64,000 bases of DNA from an uncultured Chloroflexia bacterium (GCA_963705905.1 OY970123.1:774919-838918); one strand, 5' to 3'; shown: positions 1 through 9,806, counted from the stretch's first letter. Notes: a model not told the origin generated them from the letters alone. Translations and numbers: made by a program.

Positions 1-1
1 C

Positions 2-436
2 GCCAATCTGGGGGCGAGCGAGGCAGGGGTTAAATCGGTCGGGCTCAATATAGAACTTCCCCAGGAGCAGAAGTGCAACCTTTACGCCAATCTCAACATA
101 ACCTTTAACCACTTTTTTGTACGCAAGGTCATGCTTGTCAAATATGCCACGGCTTTTGTTATTATGCCGGGTGGACTGGGCACATTGGACGAACTGACCG
201 AAGTGCTCACTCTGATTCAAACCAATAAAATCAAACCCTTCCCGGTTATACTTTTCAATTCTAAATTCTGGCACGGGTTTCTCGATTGGCTTCAAAATTC
301 GGTGCTGATTACGAACTATATTTCTGAATCCGATCTGCACCTGCTACGGCTTTCCGATCAACCATCCGATGTGCAGGATATAGTCAGCAGCTGGTACCTT
401 AAACAGGCCATCGTAGGACGAAGGGCTATTGATTAA
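2..436 (+). CDS. LOG family protein (cytokinin riboside 5'-monophosphate phosphoribohydrolase-like), 5' end cut by the window
   Basis: Reading frame is open from base 2. The translation ...SVGLNIELPQEQKCNLYANLNITFNHFFVRKVMLVKYATAFVIMPGGLGTLDELTEVLTLIQ matches the LOG/TIGR00730 core, including the PGGxGTxxE motif. Confidence 0.7.
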   Translation, partial: ANLGASEAGVKSVGLNIELPQEQKCNLYANLNITFNHFFVRKVMLVKYATAFVIMPGGLGTLDELTEVLTLIQTNKIKPFPVILFNSKFWHGFLDWLQNSVLITNYISESDLHLLRLSDQPSDVQDIVSSWYLKQAIVGRRAID

Positions 437-1823
437 TATAGGTTTCTACGGGGCCGACCGGACCGTTACCGGCTCACGTCACCTGATCAACATCAACGGA
501 TACAAGTTGCTATTGGATTGCGGCCTTTTTCAGGGCCGGCGTGCGGAGACTTACGAGCGAAACCTGCATTTTGCCTTCGATCCGAAATCGATTAATTCAG
601 TCGTGATGTCACATGCTCACATGGACCACCTGGGAGACTTGCCCAACCTGGTCAAGCAGGGCTTCAGCGGCGATGTTAACTGCACATCCGCCACACTTGA
701 CCTGGCCAATATAATGCTAATGGACTCAGCCAACATCCAGGAAAGCGATATCCAATTCGTCAACAAAATCCGGCACCGGCACAATGAACCACCGATGGAG
801 CCCCTTTACGATACAGCCGATGTACCTCCTGCACTAAAATTATTCAGGGGCTGCTCTTATGAACGCCCTTTCCGCGTCACAGGCGACGCGCGGATTGTAT
901 TCCATGACGCCGGACATATCCTGGGATCAGCCATAACTGTTATTGACATTAATGACGGGGGGAGACAACTTTCTATCTGCTATGCCTGCGACCTGGGACG
1001 CAAGGATATGCCGATTATTAGGGACCCTTTCGTCGTAACAAATTCGGATATCCTCATTATCGAAAGTACGTATGGCAACAGGCTGCACTCGGATATAAAG
1101 AATGTAGAGGAAAGGCTGGCGAATGTTATTAACGAGACGGTTGCCAAGGGCGGAAAGGTAATCGTACCATCCTTTGCTCTTGAGAGGACTCAAGAGTTGG
1201 TTTACTATTTGCACCAGCTAAAGCTGGCTAAACGGATCCCGGATATTCCCATCTTCGTCGACAGTCCGCTGGCTATGGATGCCACCGATATATTCAGGGC
1301 ACACCCGGAATGCTACGATTCGCAAACGGCCGAATTCTTGAGAACGGTTGAGGACCCATTCGGTTTCCGGGGGCTGACATATGTATCTTCAGTTGACGAG
1401 TCTAAGAAACTCAATGATATTAAGACGCCCGTCATGATCATAGCAGGATCGGGAATGGCCGAAGCCGGGCGCATTCTTCATCATCTAAAGAATAATATCG
1501 GGAAGCCTAATAACACCGTTTTAATCGTAGGATGGCAGGCTGAAAACACACTCGGGCGCAAAATTGCCGAAAAATGGCCGGAGGTATCTATATTCGGCGA
1601 GAAATATAAATTACGCTGCCGAGTGGAAGTCTTCAATGAGTTCAGTGCTCACGCCGACCGCAATGACCTCATTAACTGGACGAGCGCGGGCAAGGACAGG
1701 TGGCAGAAGGTTTTTGTGGTTCATGGCGAGGAATCGGCTGCGCTTTCTCTGGCAGATGCCTTTAAGGGGATCGGATTGAAAGACGTTATTGTTCCGGAGT
1801 TCGGACAGGTCTTTGAAATCTAG
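429..1823 (+). CDS. MBL-fold metallo-hydrolase, beta-CASP RNA-metabolising nuclease (RNase J/CPSF-like)
   Basis: 464-aa ORF with an HAHMDHLGDLP (HxHxDH) motif and a beta-CASP-like C-terminal half. It starts on TTG and overlaps the LOG stop codon. Confidence 0.8.
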   Translation: MINIGFYGADRTVTGSRHLININGYKLLLDCGLFQGRRAETYERNLHFAFDPKSINSVVMSHAHMDHLGDLPNLVKQGFSGDVNCTSATLDLANIMLMDSANIQESDIQFVNKIRHRHNEPPMEPLYDTADVPPALKLFRGCSYERPFRVTGDARIVFHDAGHILGSAITVIDINDGGRQLSICYACDLGRKDMPIIRDPFVVTNSDILIIESTYGNRLHSDIKNVEERLANVINETVAKGGKVIVPSFALERTQELVYYLHQLKLAKRIPDIPIFVDSPLAMDATDIFRAHPECYDSQTAEFLRTVEDPFGFRGLTYVSSVDESKKLNDIKTPVMIIAGSGMAEAGRILHHLKNNIGKPNNTVLIVGWQAENTLGRKIAEKWPEVSIFGEKYKLRCRVEVFNEFSAHADRNDLINWTSAGKDRWQKVFVVHGEESAALSLADAFKGIGLKDVIVPEFGQVFEI

Positions 1824-1855
1824 CTGCTCCGTTTTGTCACTGGAGACAGGGTCAT

Positions 1856-2824
1856 ATGATTGAATTCATTGCTGGCAATTTTCAAGATTTAAGCGGCGCA
1901 TGGGAACGCATCTATAAAGCCTCGGAAAGCCCGCTTTTGTTTTCATCGCCCGGCTGGTCCGAACTGTGGTGGAAGCATTTCGGCCAAGGCAGTGAACTGC
2001 GCCTGGGCGCCGTGGTGGAAAACGGCTCTGTGATAGGCATTGCCCCCCTCCGGGCAAAGGAGGAGACGTTATGTTTCATAGGCAGCGACAACGTCTGTGA
2101 TTTCCTGGATTTCCCCATAGAATCCGGGAAGGAAAATATCTTTTTCGACGCACTGCTTGAGCATCTGACCGCTTCAAATATGAATTCGATGGACCTGACG
2201 CCGTTGCTGCCTACTTCCAAAGTAAAACGCTTCCTGACAAACCGCGCACAGGATCTAGGGTTCACCGTATCCTGCACGGCCGAGGATGTTACAGTGGCCC
2301 TGGACCTACCGGGGGATTTACCGTCTTATCTGTCACTATTAAGCAGTAAACAACGACATGAACTACTCAGGAAGGAGCGGAGGTTAAATGAGGAGGGGCA
2401 AATCGACTATCGTATTGTGGAAGAAGGGACTAAAAGTGAGATCGATACCTTCCTTCGCTTTTTCCGCGAAAGTAGAGAGGATAAAAATAAATTCCTGACC
2501 GATGATATGGAGGCATTTTTTAGAGCGATAATCGATATGGCGGCAGCCGACAAGATGCTCCAACTGGGGATAATGGAACTAAATAAAGTCCAGGTGGCTG
2601 TTACACTGTGTTTCAGTTATCAAAACGACATGTATCTTTATAACAGCGGCTACAACCCCGATTACAGGCTGCTCAGCATCGGCCTGCTGTCGAAATATTT
2701 TTGCGTAATGAAAAGCATTGAGAGCGGCAAACGGCGATTCGATTTTCTTAAAGGAGCGGAAAAATACAAATTTCACCTCGGCGGCAATGAGACTCAGCTT
2801 TTTCGATGTATAATTAAAAAATAG
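1856..2824 (+). CDS. GNAT-fold acyltransferase of the CelD/BioF2/FemAB-like family (Acetyltransf_6)
   Basis: 322 aa with a C-terminal ...RRFDFLKGAEKYKFHLGG signature (FDFxRGxExYK) typical of this family. RBS ggagacaggg lies upstream of the ATG. Confidence 0.65.
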   Translation: MIEFIAGNFQDLSGAWERIYKASESPLLFSSPGWSELWWKHFGQGSELRLGAVVENGSVIGIAPLRAKEETLCFIGSDNVCDFLDFPIESGKENIFFDALLEHLTASNMNSMDLTPLLPTSKVKRFLTNRAQDLGFTVSCTAEDVTVALDLPGDLPSYLSLLSSKQRHELLRKERRLNEEGQIDYRIVEEGTKSEIDTFLRFFRESREDKNKFLTDDMEAFFRAIIDMAAADKMLQLGIMELNKVQVAVTLCFSYQNDMYLYNSGYNPDYRLLSIGLLSKYFCVMKSIESGKRRFDFLKGAEKYKFHLGGNETQLFRCIIKK

Positions 2825-2848
2825 TTAAATTGTTATCTGGAAGAATTA

Positions 2849-4090
2849 TTGGAAGATAAATTAAAAATAGCCATACTCAGCTTACATACCTGTCCCTTCG
2901 ATAGGCCCGGAAGCCGCTACACGGGCGGCATGAATATCTACATACAGAACCTGGCTCAGGAGCTCGGCAGAAGGGGACATTCCATCGATATTTATACGTG
3001 TTCCCACGCCGATGACGATTTTTGCACCTTAGTCGATGGGAGCGATAACGTACGCCTAATTCATATCAAATCGCCGGAATACAGCTCAATTTCGGAAAAA
3101 ACAATTGGCGATCATATTGCCGGGTTGACCGATTCCATCGCCTTATATTGCCTTGAGCGCGGCGAACACTATGATTTGATTCACAGCCACTACTGGCTGT
3201 CCGGTGTCGTCGGAAGCAAATTGAAGCAGAAATGGTGTATACCTCACATTACAATGTTTCATACCCTGGGCGCTGTTAAAAATAGCCTCGGGCTGGGAAT
3301 ACTCGAGCCTGAATACAGGATCTTTAACGAACATGTGATATTAGGATCCACCGACCTCGTCATCGCCTCCACACTCAGAGAAAAACACGAGCTGATCAAT
3401 AGATACAACGCCAACCCGGCAGCGATTGAAATAGTTCCCTGCGGTATCAATCACGCGCTTTTCCGGCCCATTGACAAGCAGACGGCCAGGCAAATGTGCG
3501 GGCTGGCTCCCAAGAAAACAGCCCTATTTGTTGGCCGGCTGGACCCCCTTAAAGCACTCGGCAATTTACTTGAAGCAATCTCTTATTTGAAATCACGTGA
3601 TGATTTTCAATTGCTTGTGGTCGGCGGCAATGATCATGGGGTTGATTTTCAGGCCATTACGGATGCCGCCTGCGACTATGAAGTGAGTCACAGTGTCAAT
3701 TTTATCGGCTCAGTTCCCCATGAACGCATGTATTTGTATTACAACGCTGCAGATTTTTGCGTAATACCTTCCTACTACGAAAGCTTTGGCCTGGTTGCCT
3801 TGGAATCGCTGGCCTGCGGCACGCCCATTATTGCCACTGACGTAGGTGAAGTCCGGGATATAGCCGGCATATGCCAGTCTTGCAGAATAATCACGGGAAA
3901 TACACCATTGGAACTATCGACGAGTATAAAGGCCATGCTGGACCAGACAGGCGACAAGAAAAATGGATACAAAAACCTGGCGGCGCATTACGGCTGGGAC
4001 CATGTAGTAGATAAAATACTTCAACTGTACCGGTCCGTTATCGACAGAAACGCAGAGTTTGCACAGGAACTCTGCTCATATAAGCCTTGA
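2849..4090 (+). CDS. GT4 glycosyltransferase, MshA-like (N-acetylhexosaminyl transferase type)
   Basis: N-terminus IAILSLHTCPFDRPGSRYTGGMNIYIQNLAQELGRRGHSIDIYT closely resembles the MshA/GT4 donor-acceptor loop. The C-terminal half is a GT-B Rossmann domain. TTG start. Confidence 0.8.
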   Translation: MEDKLKIAILSLHTCPFDRPGSRYTGGMNIYIQNLAQELGRRGHSIDIYTCSHADDDFCTLVDGSDNVRLIHIKSPEYSSISEKTIGDHIAGLTDSIALYCLERGEHYDLIHSHYWLSGVVGSKLKQKWCIPHITMFHTLGAVKNSLGLGILEPEYRIFNEHVILGSTDLVIASTLREKHELINRYNANPAAIEIVPCGINHALFRPIDKQTARQMCGLAPKKTALFVGRLDPLKALGNLLEAISYLKSRDDFQLLVVGGNDHGVDFQAITDAACDYEVSHSVNFIGSVPHERMYLYYNAADFCVIPSYYESFGLVALESLACGTPIIATDVGEVRDIAGICQSCRIITGNTPLELSTSIKAMLDQTGDKKNGYKNLAAHYGWDHVVDKILQLYRSVIDRNAEFAQELCSYKP

Positions 4091-4121
4091 TTATTCAATC
4101 TACGTTCGAGGTAACGATGCG

Positions 4122-4814
4122 ATGAAAGAGCAATACTATGCGATGATTATAGCCCCGCACCCGGACGACTCTGAATTCGCCATAGCCGGCACAGTAGCTA
4201 AATGGGTTAAGCAGGGTAAAAAGGTCGTTTATATTATTTGTACCAACGGAAATAAAGGCACCGATGATCCTAAAATGACACTTGCCAAATTGGCTGAAAT
4301 AAGGAGACAGGAAGAGCTGGACGCTGCTAAAACCCTGGGCGTACAGGAAGTTGTCTTCCTGGAGCATGACGATCAATCGTTGGAAGATACCCCTGAGTTT
4401 CGCAAGGAGCTGGTCAAGGTTATCCGAACCTATCGTCCCGAACTGGTAGCCGCTCCCGACCCTTACCGCAAGTATGTCTGGCACCGGGACCACAGGATCA
4501 CAGGACAGGTGGTCCTCGATGCAGTTTTCCCCTTTGCGCGCGACCGTTTGGCCTATCCCGACCTGCTGAAGGCCGGATTTCAGCCTCATAAAGTTAAAGA
4601 GTTGCTTTTCTGGGCCGCAGATAAACAGAATTTCTTTAGCGATGTTTCGGGCACTTTTGACCTTAAAATGGCCGCCCTGGCCTGCCATAAAAGCCAGATA
4701 AGTAAATTCTCCAAAGAATGGATCGAAGGATTCAAGCTCTTGCACGCACAAAGGGCCAAGGGCAAGGGATTTGAGCTGGCAGAGGCCTTCTTCAGAGTCG
4801 AACTGCCCGGATAA
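4122..4814 (+). CDS. PIG-L/LmbE family N-acetylglucosaminyl deacetylase (MshB/BshB-like)
   Basis: AIIAPHPDDSEFAIAGTVAKW (HPDDxE zinc motif). I place the start at the internal ATG at 4122 because it has an upstream gaggt RBS; the long ORF from 4059 would overlap the GT4 gene. Confidence 0.8.
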   Translation: MKEQYYAMIIAPHPDDSEFAIAGTVAKWVKQGKKVVYIICTNGNKGTDDPKMTLAKLAEIRRQEELDAAKTLGVQEVVFLEHDDQSLEDTPEFRKELVKVIRTYRPELVAAPDPYRKYVWHRDHRITGQVVLDAVFPFARDRLAYPDLLKAGFQPHKVKELLFWAADKQNFFSDVSGTFDLKMAALACHKSQISKFSKEWIEGFKLLHAQRAKGKGFELAEAFFRVELPG

Positions 4815-4840
4815 GACTAAACTCTACTCTTTGCAATAAA

Positions 4841-4868
4841 TCGAAAGGGCTGGAATCAATCCAGCCCT
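4841..4868. terminator. bidirectional intrinsic terminator hairpin
   Basis: aagggctggaatcaatccagcccttttt is a GC stem with A-run and T-run flanks, lying between convergent genes. Confidence 0.6.
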
Positions 4869-4890
4869 TTTTGTCTGCTAACTCCCTGAA

Positions 4891-5031
4891 TTAACCCTTG
4901 CCGATCTTGAACATTTTAGTCCCACAGGTAGGACACACACCCTGACTTGCCGGTTTACCATTCTTCATGGTAATTGCCTTAGGATTTTTCATTTCCTTCT
5001 TAGCCCGGCATTTCATGCAATATGCTTGCAT
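4891..5031 (-). CDS. DUF5679 zinc-ribbon mini-protein (46 aa)
   Basis: Absent from the ORF track because it is under 60 aa. Translation is MQAYCMKCRAKKEMKNPKAITMKNGKPASQGVCPTCGTKMFKIGKG, with a strong aaggaggg RBS. It is about 70% identical to a second copy at 32620..32760. Confidence 0.75.
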   Translation of the reverse strand: MQAYCMKCRAKKEMKNPKAITMKNGKPASQGVCPTCGTKMFKIGKG

Positions 5032-5189
5032 CTGCAACAACCCTCCTTAAAATAATTAATTTATGAAGCATATGGTATTGCAAGCTCGGCTGTCAATGAA
5101 AATCCTGCCCAACTTGATCTCATTTCATATGTGACCAGTACCAAAGTCCCATACGGGTATAAACTAAATACCCATTTATATTTAAGTAC

Positions 5190-5504
5190 TCAGGCTGACC
5201 ACTTCTCAGCCAGGTCGCCGATAAAGGGCAGCTTGAATTTGACTCCCTGGTAGGCTTTGATCATAAGAACGATCCATAGTACCAAGCCGATCACATTCAG
5301 TAGCCAAATCAGGACGGGAAGCCAGAAGAATAAGATACTCAATATTGTCAGAGCGCCGAATGTTATAATGGACTGCATAGCGTGGAATTTTACAAATTTA
5401 CTTTCTTTTTCGATCAGAAAGAAAATCAAGCCTGTGACCCACCCAAGAACGTAGCTGAGCAAAGCCGCCACATTTTCTTCCATACCCATTGATGATTTCG
5501 CCAT
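5190..5504 (-). CDS. small integral membrane protein (DUF4870-like)
   Basis: 104 aa with three hydrophobic helices and an AGGAGG RBS. Confidence 0.55.
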   Translation of the reverse strand: MAKSSMGMEENVAALLSYVLGWVTGLIFFLIEKESKFVKFHAMQSIITFGALTILSILFFWLPVLIWLLNVIGLVLWIVLMIKAYQGVKFKLPFIGDLAEKWSA

Positions 5505-5623
5505 TTACCAACCTCCTCTTTTTTTATAAATAGGATATCCACTCCATATATACGTGTCAATTCACTATAGAAGGGCCGTCATAACTCGCAAAAAGCACTT
5601 GAAAACCACTTAGGGATTAACCC

Positions 5624-6751
5624 TTAAACCTTTTTTCGCGCCCTAAAAAGAAAAATAACCAACCCTGCCAGTAAAAATATTCCGGCCAATATCACTATCA
5701 GGGCCCAATGAGGAATGCCGTCCGATAAGATGGACTTGCCATCCTGCAGAGATTGCGGGGACGGTACGGTATGGAAGGTAAATATAGCACCAGCATCGCT
5801 CAAGACCGGCTCTACAGCTCTGACCTGCCAGTAGCAGCCAGTATCATATGCCAGAAGATCCTTTAATGTATAGACGGTTGTCGATGCAAAATCGTCCACA
5901 ACGATATCATGCAGTTGAGCATCCTTTGCCAGGATAAACTGATATCTGGTGGTCCCCTGATAACCAGACCAATTGAAAGATAAGGGTTTTACCGGATACA
6001 TAGTACTGCCGTCAGCCGGTGTGAAAGCTCGTATAACATTTGTATTGTCAATGGCGTCATAGCCCGGCTCCACGGTAAAAGTTTTTGTTTCGGACCAGGG
6101 GCTATCAATATATCCTCCGGTTGCGGACTGCACACTCCTCACCCTCCAGTAATAAGTATGCCCGGCCTCCAGCGTGCCCGGCGGCATCCAAAAGGCCGGC
6201 GACGCGGCGTCAGATGTATCCAAAGCCCCGGAGTCATATACCTTCAAGGTAAACACGGGGTCCCTAGCGATTTGTACCTGATATTGTCTGGAAAAACAGT
6301 AGTCTTTCCACGAGAAGTCCACCTGCGCGTTCCTGCCCGTGACCGGGTCACTGCTGATAGTATTCCCGGTTTTGACCACTGCCGCATTGACGTATAAGGT
6401 TGTATACCCGTTTCGGATTCCCGCGCCGTTTGAAGCCGTAATTTTATAAATAGTGGAAGATGCCGGAGCAACGTTGATTTGTCCGGACGCAGGTACACCG
6501 CCCATATCAGGGTCGATGCTAACAGATAGTGCATTATTTGATTGCCAGGCCAATATAGCCGAATCTCCTGCGCTAACGATGGACGGCGAGACTGTGAAAC
6601 TAACGATTTCAGGTAAATTGGCACCTTGCGAAGATGCCGCGAAAGCAGGCCAACCGCATGAGCCGGCTATGACCGCCACAACCGGAAACAGTAAAGCTAT
6701 CAATATTATGTAAATGAATTTCACTTTATCACCTGCCGACCATCCCACCAC
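5624..6751 (-). CDS. cell-surface protein with Ig-like beta-sandwich repeats, signal peptide and C-terminal TM anchor
   Basis: N-terminal hydrophobic segment, repeated motifs (SVSIDP..., ...YxWRV...) and a C-terminal LIVILAGIFLLAGLVIFLFRARKKV anchor. Confidence 0.5.
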   Translation of the reverse strand: MVGWSAGDKVKFIYIILIALLFPVVAVIAGSCGWPAFAASSQGANLPEIVSFTVSPSIVSAGDSAILAWQSNNALSVSIDPDMGGVPASGQINVAPASSTIYKITASNGAGIRNGYTTLYVNAAVVKTGNTISSDPVTGRNAQVDFSWKDYCFSRQYQVQIARDPVFTLKVYDSGALDTSDAASPAFWMPPGTLEAGHTYYWRVRSVQSATGGYIDSPWSETKTFTVEPGYDAIDNTNVIRAFTPADGSTMYPVKPLSFNWSGYQGTTRYQFILAKDAQLHDIVVDDFASTTVYTLKDLLAYDTGCYWQVRAVEPVLSDAGAIFTFHTVPSPQSLQDGKSILSDGIPHWALIVILAGIFLLAGLVIFLFRARKKV

Positions 6752-6776
6752 TACTATACCCCGGTTTTAAAAATAG

Positions 6777-8504
6777 TTAAATCCGGTTGTTACTGATTTT
6801 AACCAGGAAATCATGGTACGTTGTGAGATGCAGTAACACCCTGGCAGCCCGTTTCCCCGATGTATAATCGTAATGATCTCCAACCAGCTTCACCTGCTCT
6901 TCAGTGAAAGTGGTGGTAATTACGGGCTTTTTGTAACTGCCGATCCATTGGTCCACCAGCGCCGTTAGAAGCCCGACAATAAATGAATTGATGATCTGCG
7001 CCCGGGTACGACCGCTGGACCCTACCTGGGAAGTGCCATTGGCCACTTCGAGGATATCGTCGACTACACTATCCTTGAGCTTGCCCGAACGCCGGGCCTC
7101 GACCACCACATCTGCCAGCGTCACGATCTGTGTGAGATCCTTTATACCCATAAATAGCGCCAGCATCTCTATCAACTGCCTGACCGCCGACTGCATTATT
7201 TTAAAGTCGGCCGATTTTACATTCTCTATTATTGGGACTATGGCCCTCATAGCCTCAGATCTTTGGGACACCTGCCCGGGGTTCATTTTCTCTTCCTGTC
7301 GCGAGCGCTGCTGCATCAGCAGGTTGCTGAACAACGTGAAACCGCCGAACCCCATGAAAATAAGCGAATCCACGCATTCCAATTCCAGTAGTTTCAGCGG
7401 CGCAATCATATAAGCAATAAAATTCCTGTCGCCGGCGGGATCTACAGGGTTCTGCCGGCTCCATCTGGGTGGGAAGATCTTATCCAGCTCCTCGATTGTC
7501 TCATGGGGCAGCCTTACCACGCGCAGGCCGCCCTCTTCACAGGCCTGGGCGCATAGCACCCCATAGCTTCCACCGGGCGTGATGATAGCCACATAACGCC
7601 CTTTAGGCAGAGGCTGTGTCAAAAAGCCTATGGCTATATCAAGCATTTCTTCGGTATCTTCCACCCGTATAGCGCCCATCTTTTTAAACGCGGCGGCGTA
7701 GACTTCATCGCTCCCGGCCATAGCTCCTGAATGCGACTTAATTGCTTTGGCCGCCGCCTCGGTTTTTCCGGGCTTCAAGATTATCACCGGCTTGGTTGGA
7801 GTGATTTTTTTCACAATGTCCATAAATCTTGCACCGTCATTCAAGCCTTCGATATAGGCCATGATTACCTTTACGCTGGGGTCTTTGCCGAAATGCTCGA
7901 TATAATCTTCAATTTGAACGTCGGCGGCACAGCCGCAGCTTACGTAGCGGTGGAAACCCAGCCCGCGCTCATAGCCTGCCACGACAACCGCAGCACCCAC
8001 ATTGCCACCCTGGGAGACGAAGGCCAGCGGCCCGTCCCTCACCAGCAACGGCATCATAAACGCAGCCAGAGACGACGATGCGCTCCAGTAGCCCATGCAG
8101 TTGGGACCGATAAACCTTATGTTGCCCCTGCGAGCAATGCTTAAGACCTCATCCTGGAGCTTCTTGCCTTCCGGGCCGATTTCAGCGAAGCCCGCCGAAA
8201 TAATGACGGCCGACTTTACGCCCTTTTGCACGCAGTCTTCCATAGCTGCTGCAACCCGTTCAGAGGGGATGGTAAATACAGCCAGGTCCACCGGCCCCGG
8301 AATATCCGTCACTTTTTTGTAGGCCTTGAGCCCCTGTATCTGGTCCTCATGCACATTGACGGGGTAGATGGGCCCTTTATACGTCTGCATCAGGCTGGTA
8401 ATGGTTGAATAGCCCCATTTATTGGTATTATTGGTGGCCCCGATATGCGCCACGGATTTTGGATCAAAAAGCGGGTCCAGTTCTTTTAGAATATCCATTT
8501 TCAT
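6777..8504 (-). CDS. ADP-forming acyl-CoA synthetase alpha-type module (CoA-binding + CoA-ligase domains; no ATP-grasp)
   Basis: N-terminal CoA-binding Rossmann domain (SVAHIGATNN...PVNVHEDQIQGLKAYK), then succinyl-CoA-synthetase-like domains with a His-containing SHSGAMAG segment. Confidence 0.65.
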   Translation of the reverse strand: MKMDILKELDPLFDPKSVAHIGATNNTNKWGYSTITSLMQTYKGPIYPVNVHEDQIQGLKAYKKVTDIPGPVDLAVFTIPSERVAAAMEDCVQKGVKSAVIISAGFAEIGPEGKKLQDEVLSIARRGNIRFIGPNCMGYWSASSSLAAFMMPLLVRDGPLAFVSQGGNVGAAVVVAGYERGLGFHRYVSCGCAADVQIEDYIEHFGKDPSVKVIMAYIEGLNDGARFMDIVKKITPTKPVIILKPGKTEAAAKAIKSHSGAMAGSDEVYAAAFKKMGAIRVEDTEEMLDIAIGFLTQPLPKGRYVAIITPGGSYGVLCAQACEEGGLRVVRLPHETIEELDKIFPPRWSRQNPVDPAGDRNFIAYMIAPLKLLELECVDSLIFMGFGGFTLFSNLLMQQRSRQEEKMNPGQVSQRSEAMRAIVPIIENVKSADFKIMQSAVRQLIEMLALFMGIKDLTQIVTLADVVVEARRSGKLKDSVVDDILEVANGTSQVGSSGRTRAQIINSFIVGLLTALVDQWIGSYKKPVITTTFTEEQVKLVGDHYDYTSGKRAARVLLHLTTYHDFLVKISNNRI

Positions 8505-8673
8505 TTCCCCGTTCTATATGTGCTATACAACAAAAAAATGCCTTGAGTCTCAAAGCACGATGATATATAATAACATCCCAATAGATACTGCACAAACTAT
8601 TAGAATGCAACTCACTGTTTCCCATGTGATCATCTTTTCTGCGCAAATATTCTCAGGTTGAAGGAGTTTAATA

Positions 8674-9726
8674 ATGATAAAAACACGTATGACAGAGCTG
8701 TTCGGATGCAAACACCCTATTATGCTGGCCGGTATGAACTGGGTTACCACGCCCGAACTGGTGGCGGCTGTATGCAATGCCGGTGGTTTGGGAATTTTAG
8801 CCACCGCCAGGTGTACACCGGAGGAGAGCAGGAAGCTTATTCGAGAAATAAGGAACCTCACCGACAAACCTTTCGGAATCAATCAACTCCTCATACTGGG
8901 GCAGGTCGCCAAAGACACCATCGACGTGGCTGTCGAAGAGAAGGTACCGGTTATCAACTACACGCTGGGCAAGCCCTGGTTCATCGACCAGGTGCACGCC
9001 TATGGCGGAAAAGTCATAGGGACCACAGCCTTCGTCAAGCACGCTCTCAAAGCTGAACAATTGGGCTGTGACGCGATCATAGTTACGGGTGCCGAAGCGG
9101 CGGCGCACGGCGAAGAGGCCACCACCATGGTCATGCTGCCCATCGTCGCCAGCAAGGTGAAGATTCCGATTATTTCAGCAGGCGGTTACAGCGACGGCAG
9201 GGGACTGGCCGCAGCTCTGGCCCTGGGCGCCAGCGCTATCTCGATGGGAACTCGCTTCGCCCTGACCAAAGAAAGTATCGTGCACGAAGCCTTCAAACAG
9301 CTCTGCCTCCGGGCCAGCGAGAACGATACCATAGTCAGCGACAAATTCGACGGCATGCGTGGCCGTGCGCTGAAGACTCCGGTCACCGAAAAGATGGCCA
9401 AAGGAGGCTTCCCGGTGGCAGATGCCTTCCAGGGCGCTAATGACATTAAAACCATGCTCAACCTTAACTGGTTCCAGTTCATGGGCATGGGCTTCAAAAT
9501 GATGGCCTCCGACCAGGACCACCCTATGTGGGTGCTGGCCCGCCAGGCCGCAGGTAACCTGCGCCACGCAAAGGCCCTGTACAGCGGTGATACCAAGGAA
9601 GGTATTTTCTTCGCAGGACAGGTCATTGGCTCCTGCAAGGATATGCCCAGCGCCGCTGAATTGATCGACAGGGTCATGGCCGAAGCCGAAGCAACCATCA
9701 AAAAGAACAATTCGATGTTGGCCTGA
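8674..9726 (+). CDS. NAD(P)H-dependent flavin oxidoreductase, nitronate monooxygenase/FabK-like (copy 1)
   Basis: MIKTRMTELFGCKHPIMLAGMNWVTTPELVAAVCNAGGLGILA is the NMO/2-nitropropane dioxygenase TIM-barrel signature. RBS ggagtt. Confidence 0.8.
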   Translation: MIKTRMTELFGCKHPIMLAGMNWVTTPELVAAVCNAGGLGILATARCTPEESRKLIREIRNLTDKPFGINQLLILGQVAKDTIDVAVEEKVPVINYTLGKPWFIDQVHAYGGKVIGTTAFVKHALKAEQLGCDAIIVTGAEAAAHGEEATTMVMLPIVASKVKIPIISAGGYSDGRGLAAALALGASAISMGTRFALTKESIVHEAFKQLCLRASENDTIVSDKFDGMRGRALKTPVTEKMAKGGFPVADAFQGANDIKTMLNLNWFQFMGMGFKMMASDQDHPMWVLARQAAGNLRHAKALYSGDTKEGIFFAGQVIGSCKDMPSAAELIDRVMAEAEATIKKNNSMLA

Positions 9727-9750
9727 TCACTACTTACGATTCAGGGAATA

Positions 9751-9786
9751 AAAAAGGGGGGAGCGCTTTAAAGCGCTCCCCCCTTT
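9751..9786. terminator. bidirectional intrinsic terminator
   Basis: aaaaagggggg-agcgc-tttaaa-gcgct-cccccc-ttt: perfect GC-rich hairpin between convergent NMO paralogs. Confidence 0.65.
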
Positions 9787-9806
9787 ACTTAAAATTTATA
9801 TAAGGG

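Noticed and set aside
4095-4751. 218-aa minus-strand ORF
   Set aside because: Antisense shadow of the PIG-L deacetylase gene; no recognisable fold.
8422-8661. 79-aa plus-strand ORF upstream of NMO copy 1
   Set aside because: Overlaps the 5' end of the minus-strand acyl-CoA synthetase gene and the intergenic promoter region. No RBS; low-complexity.
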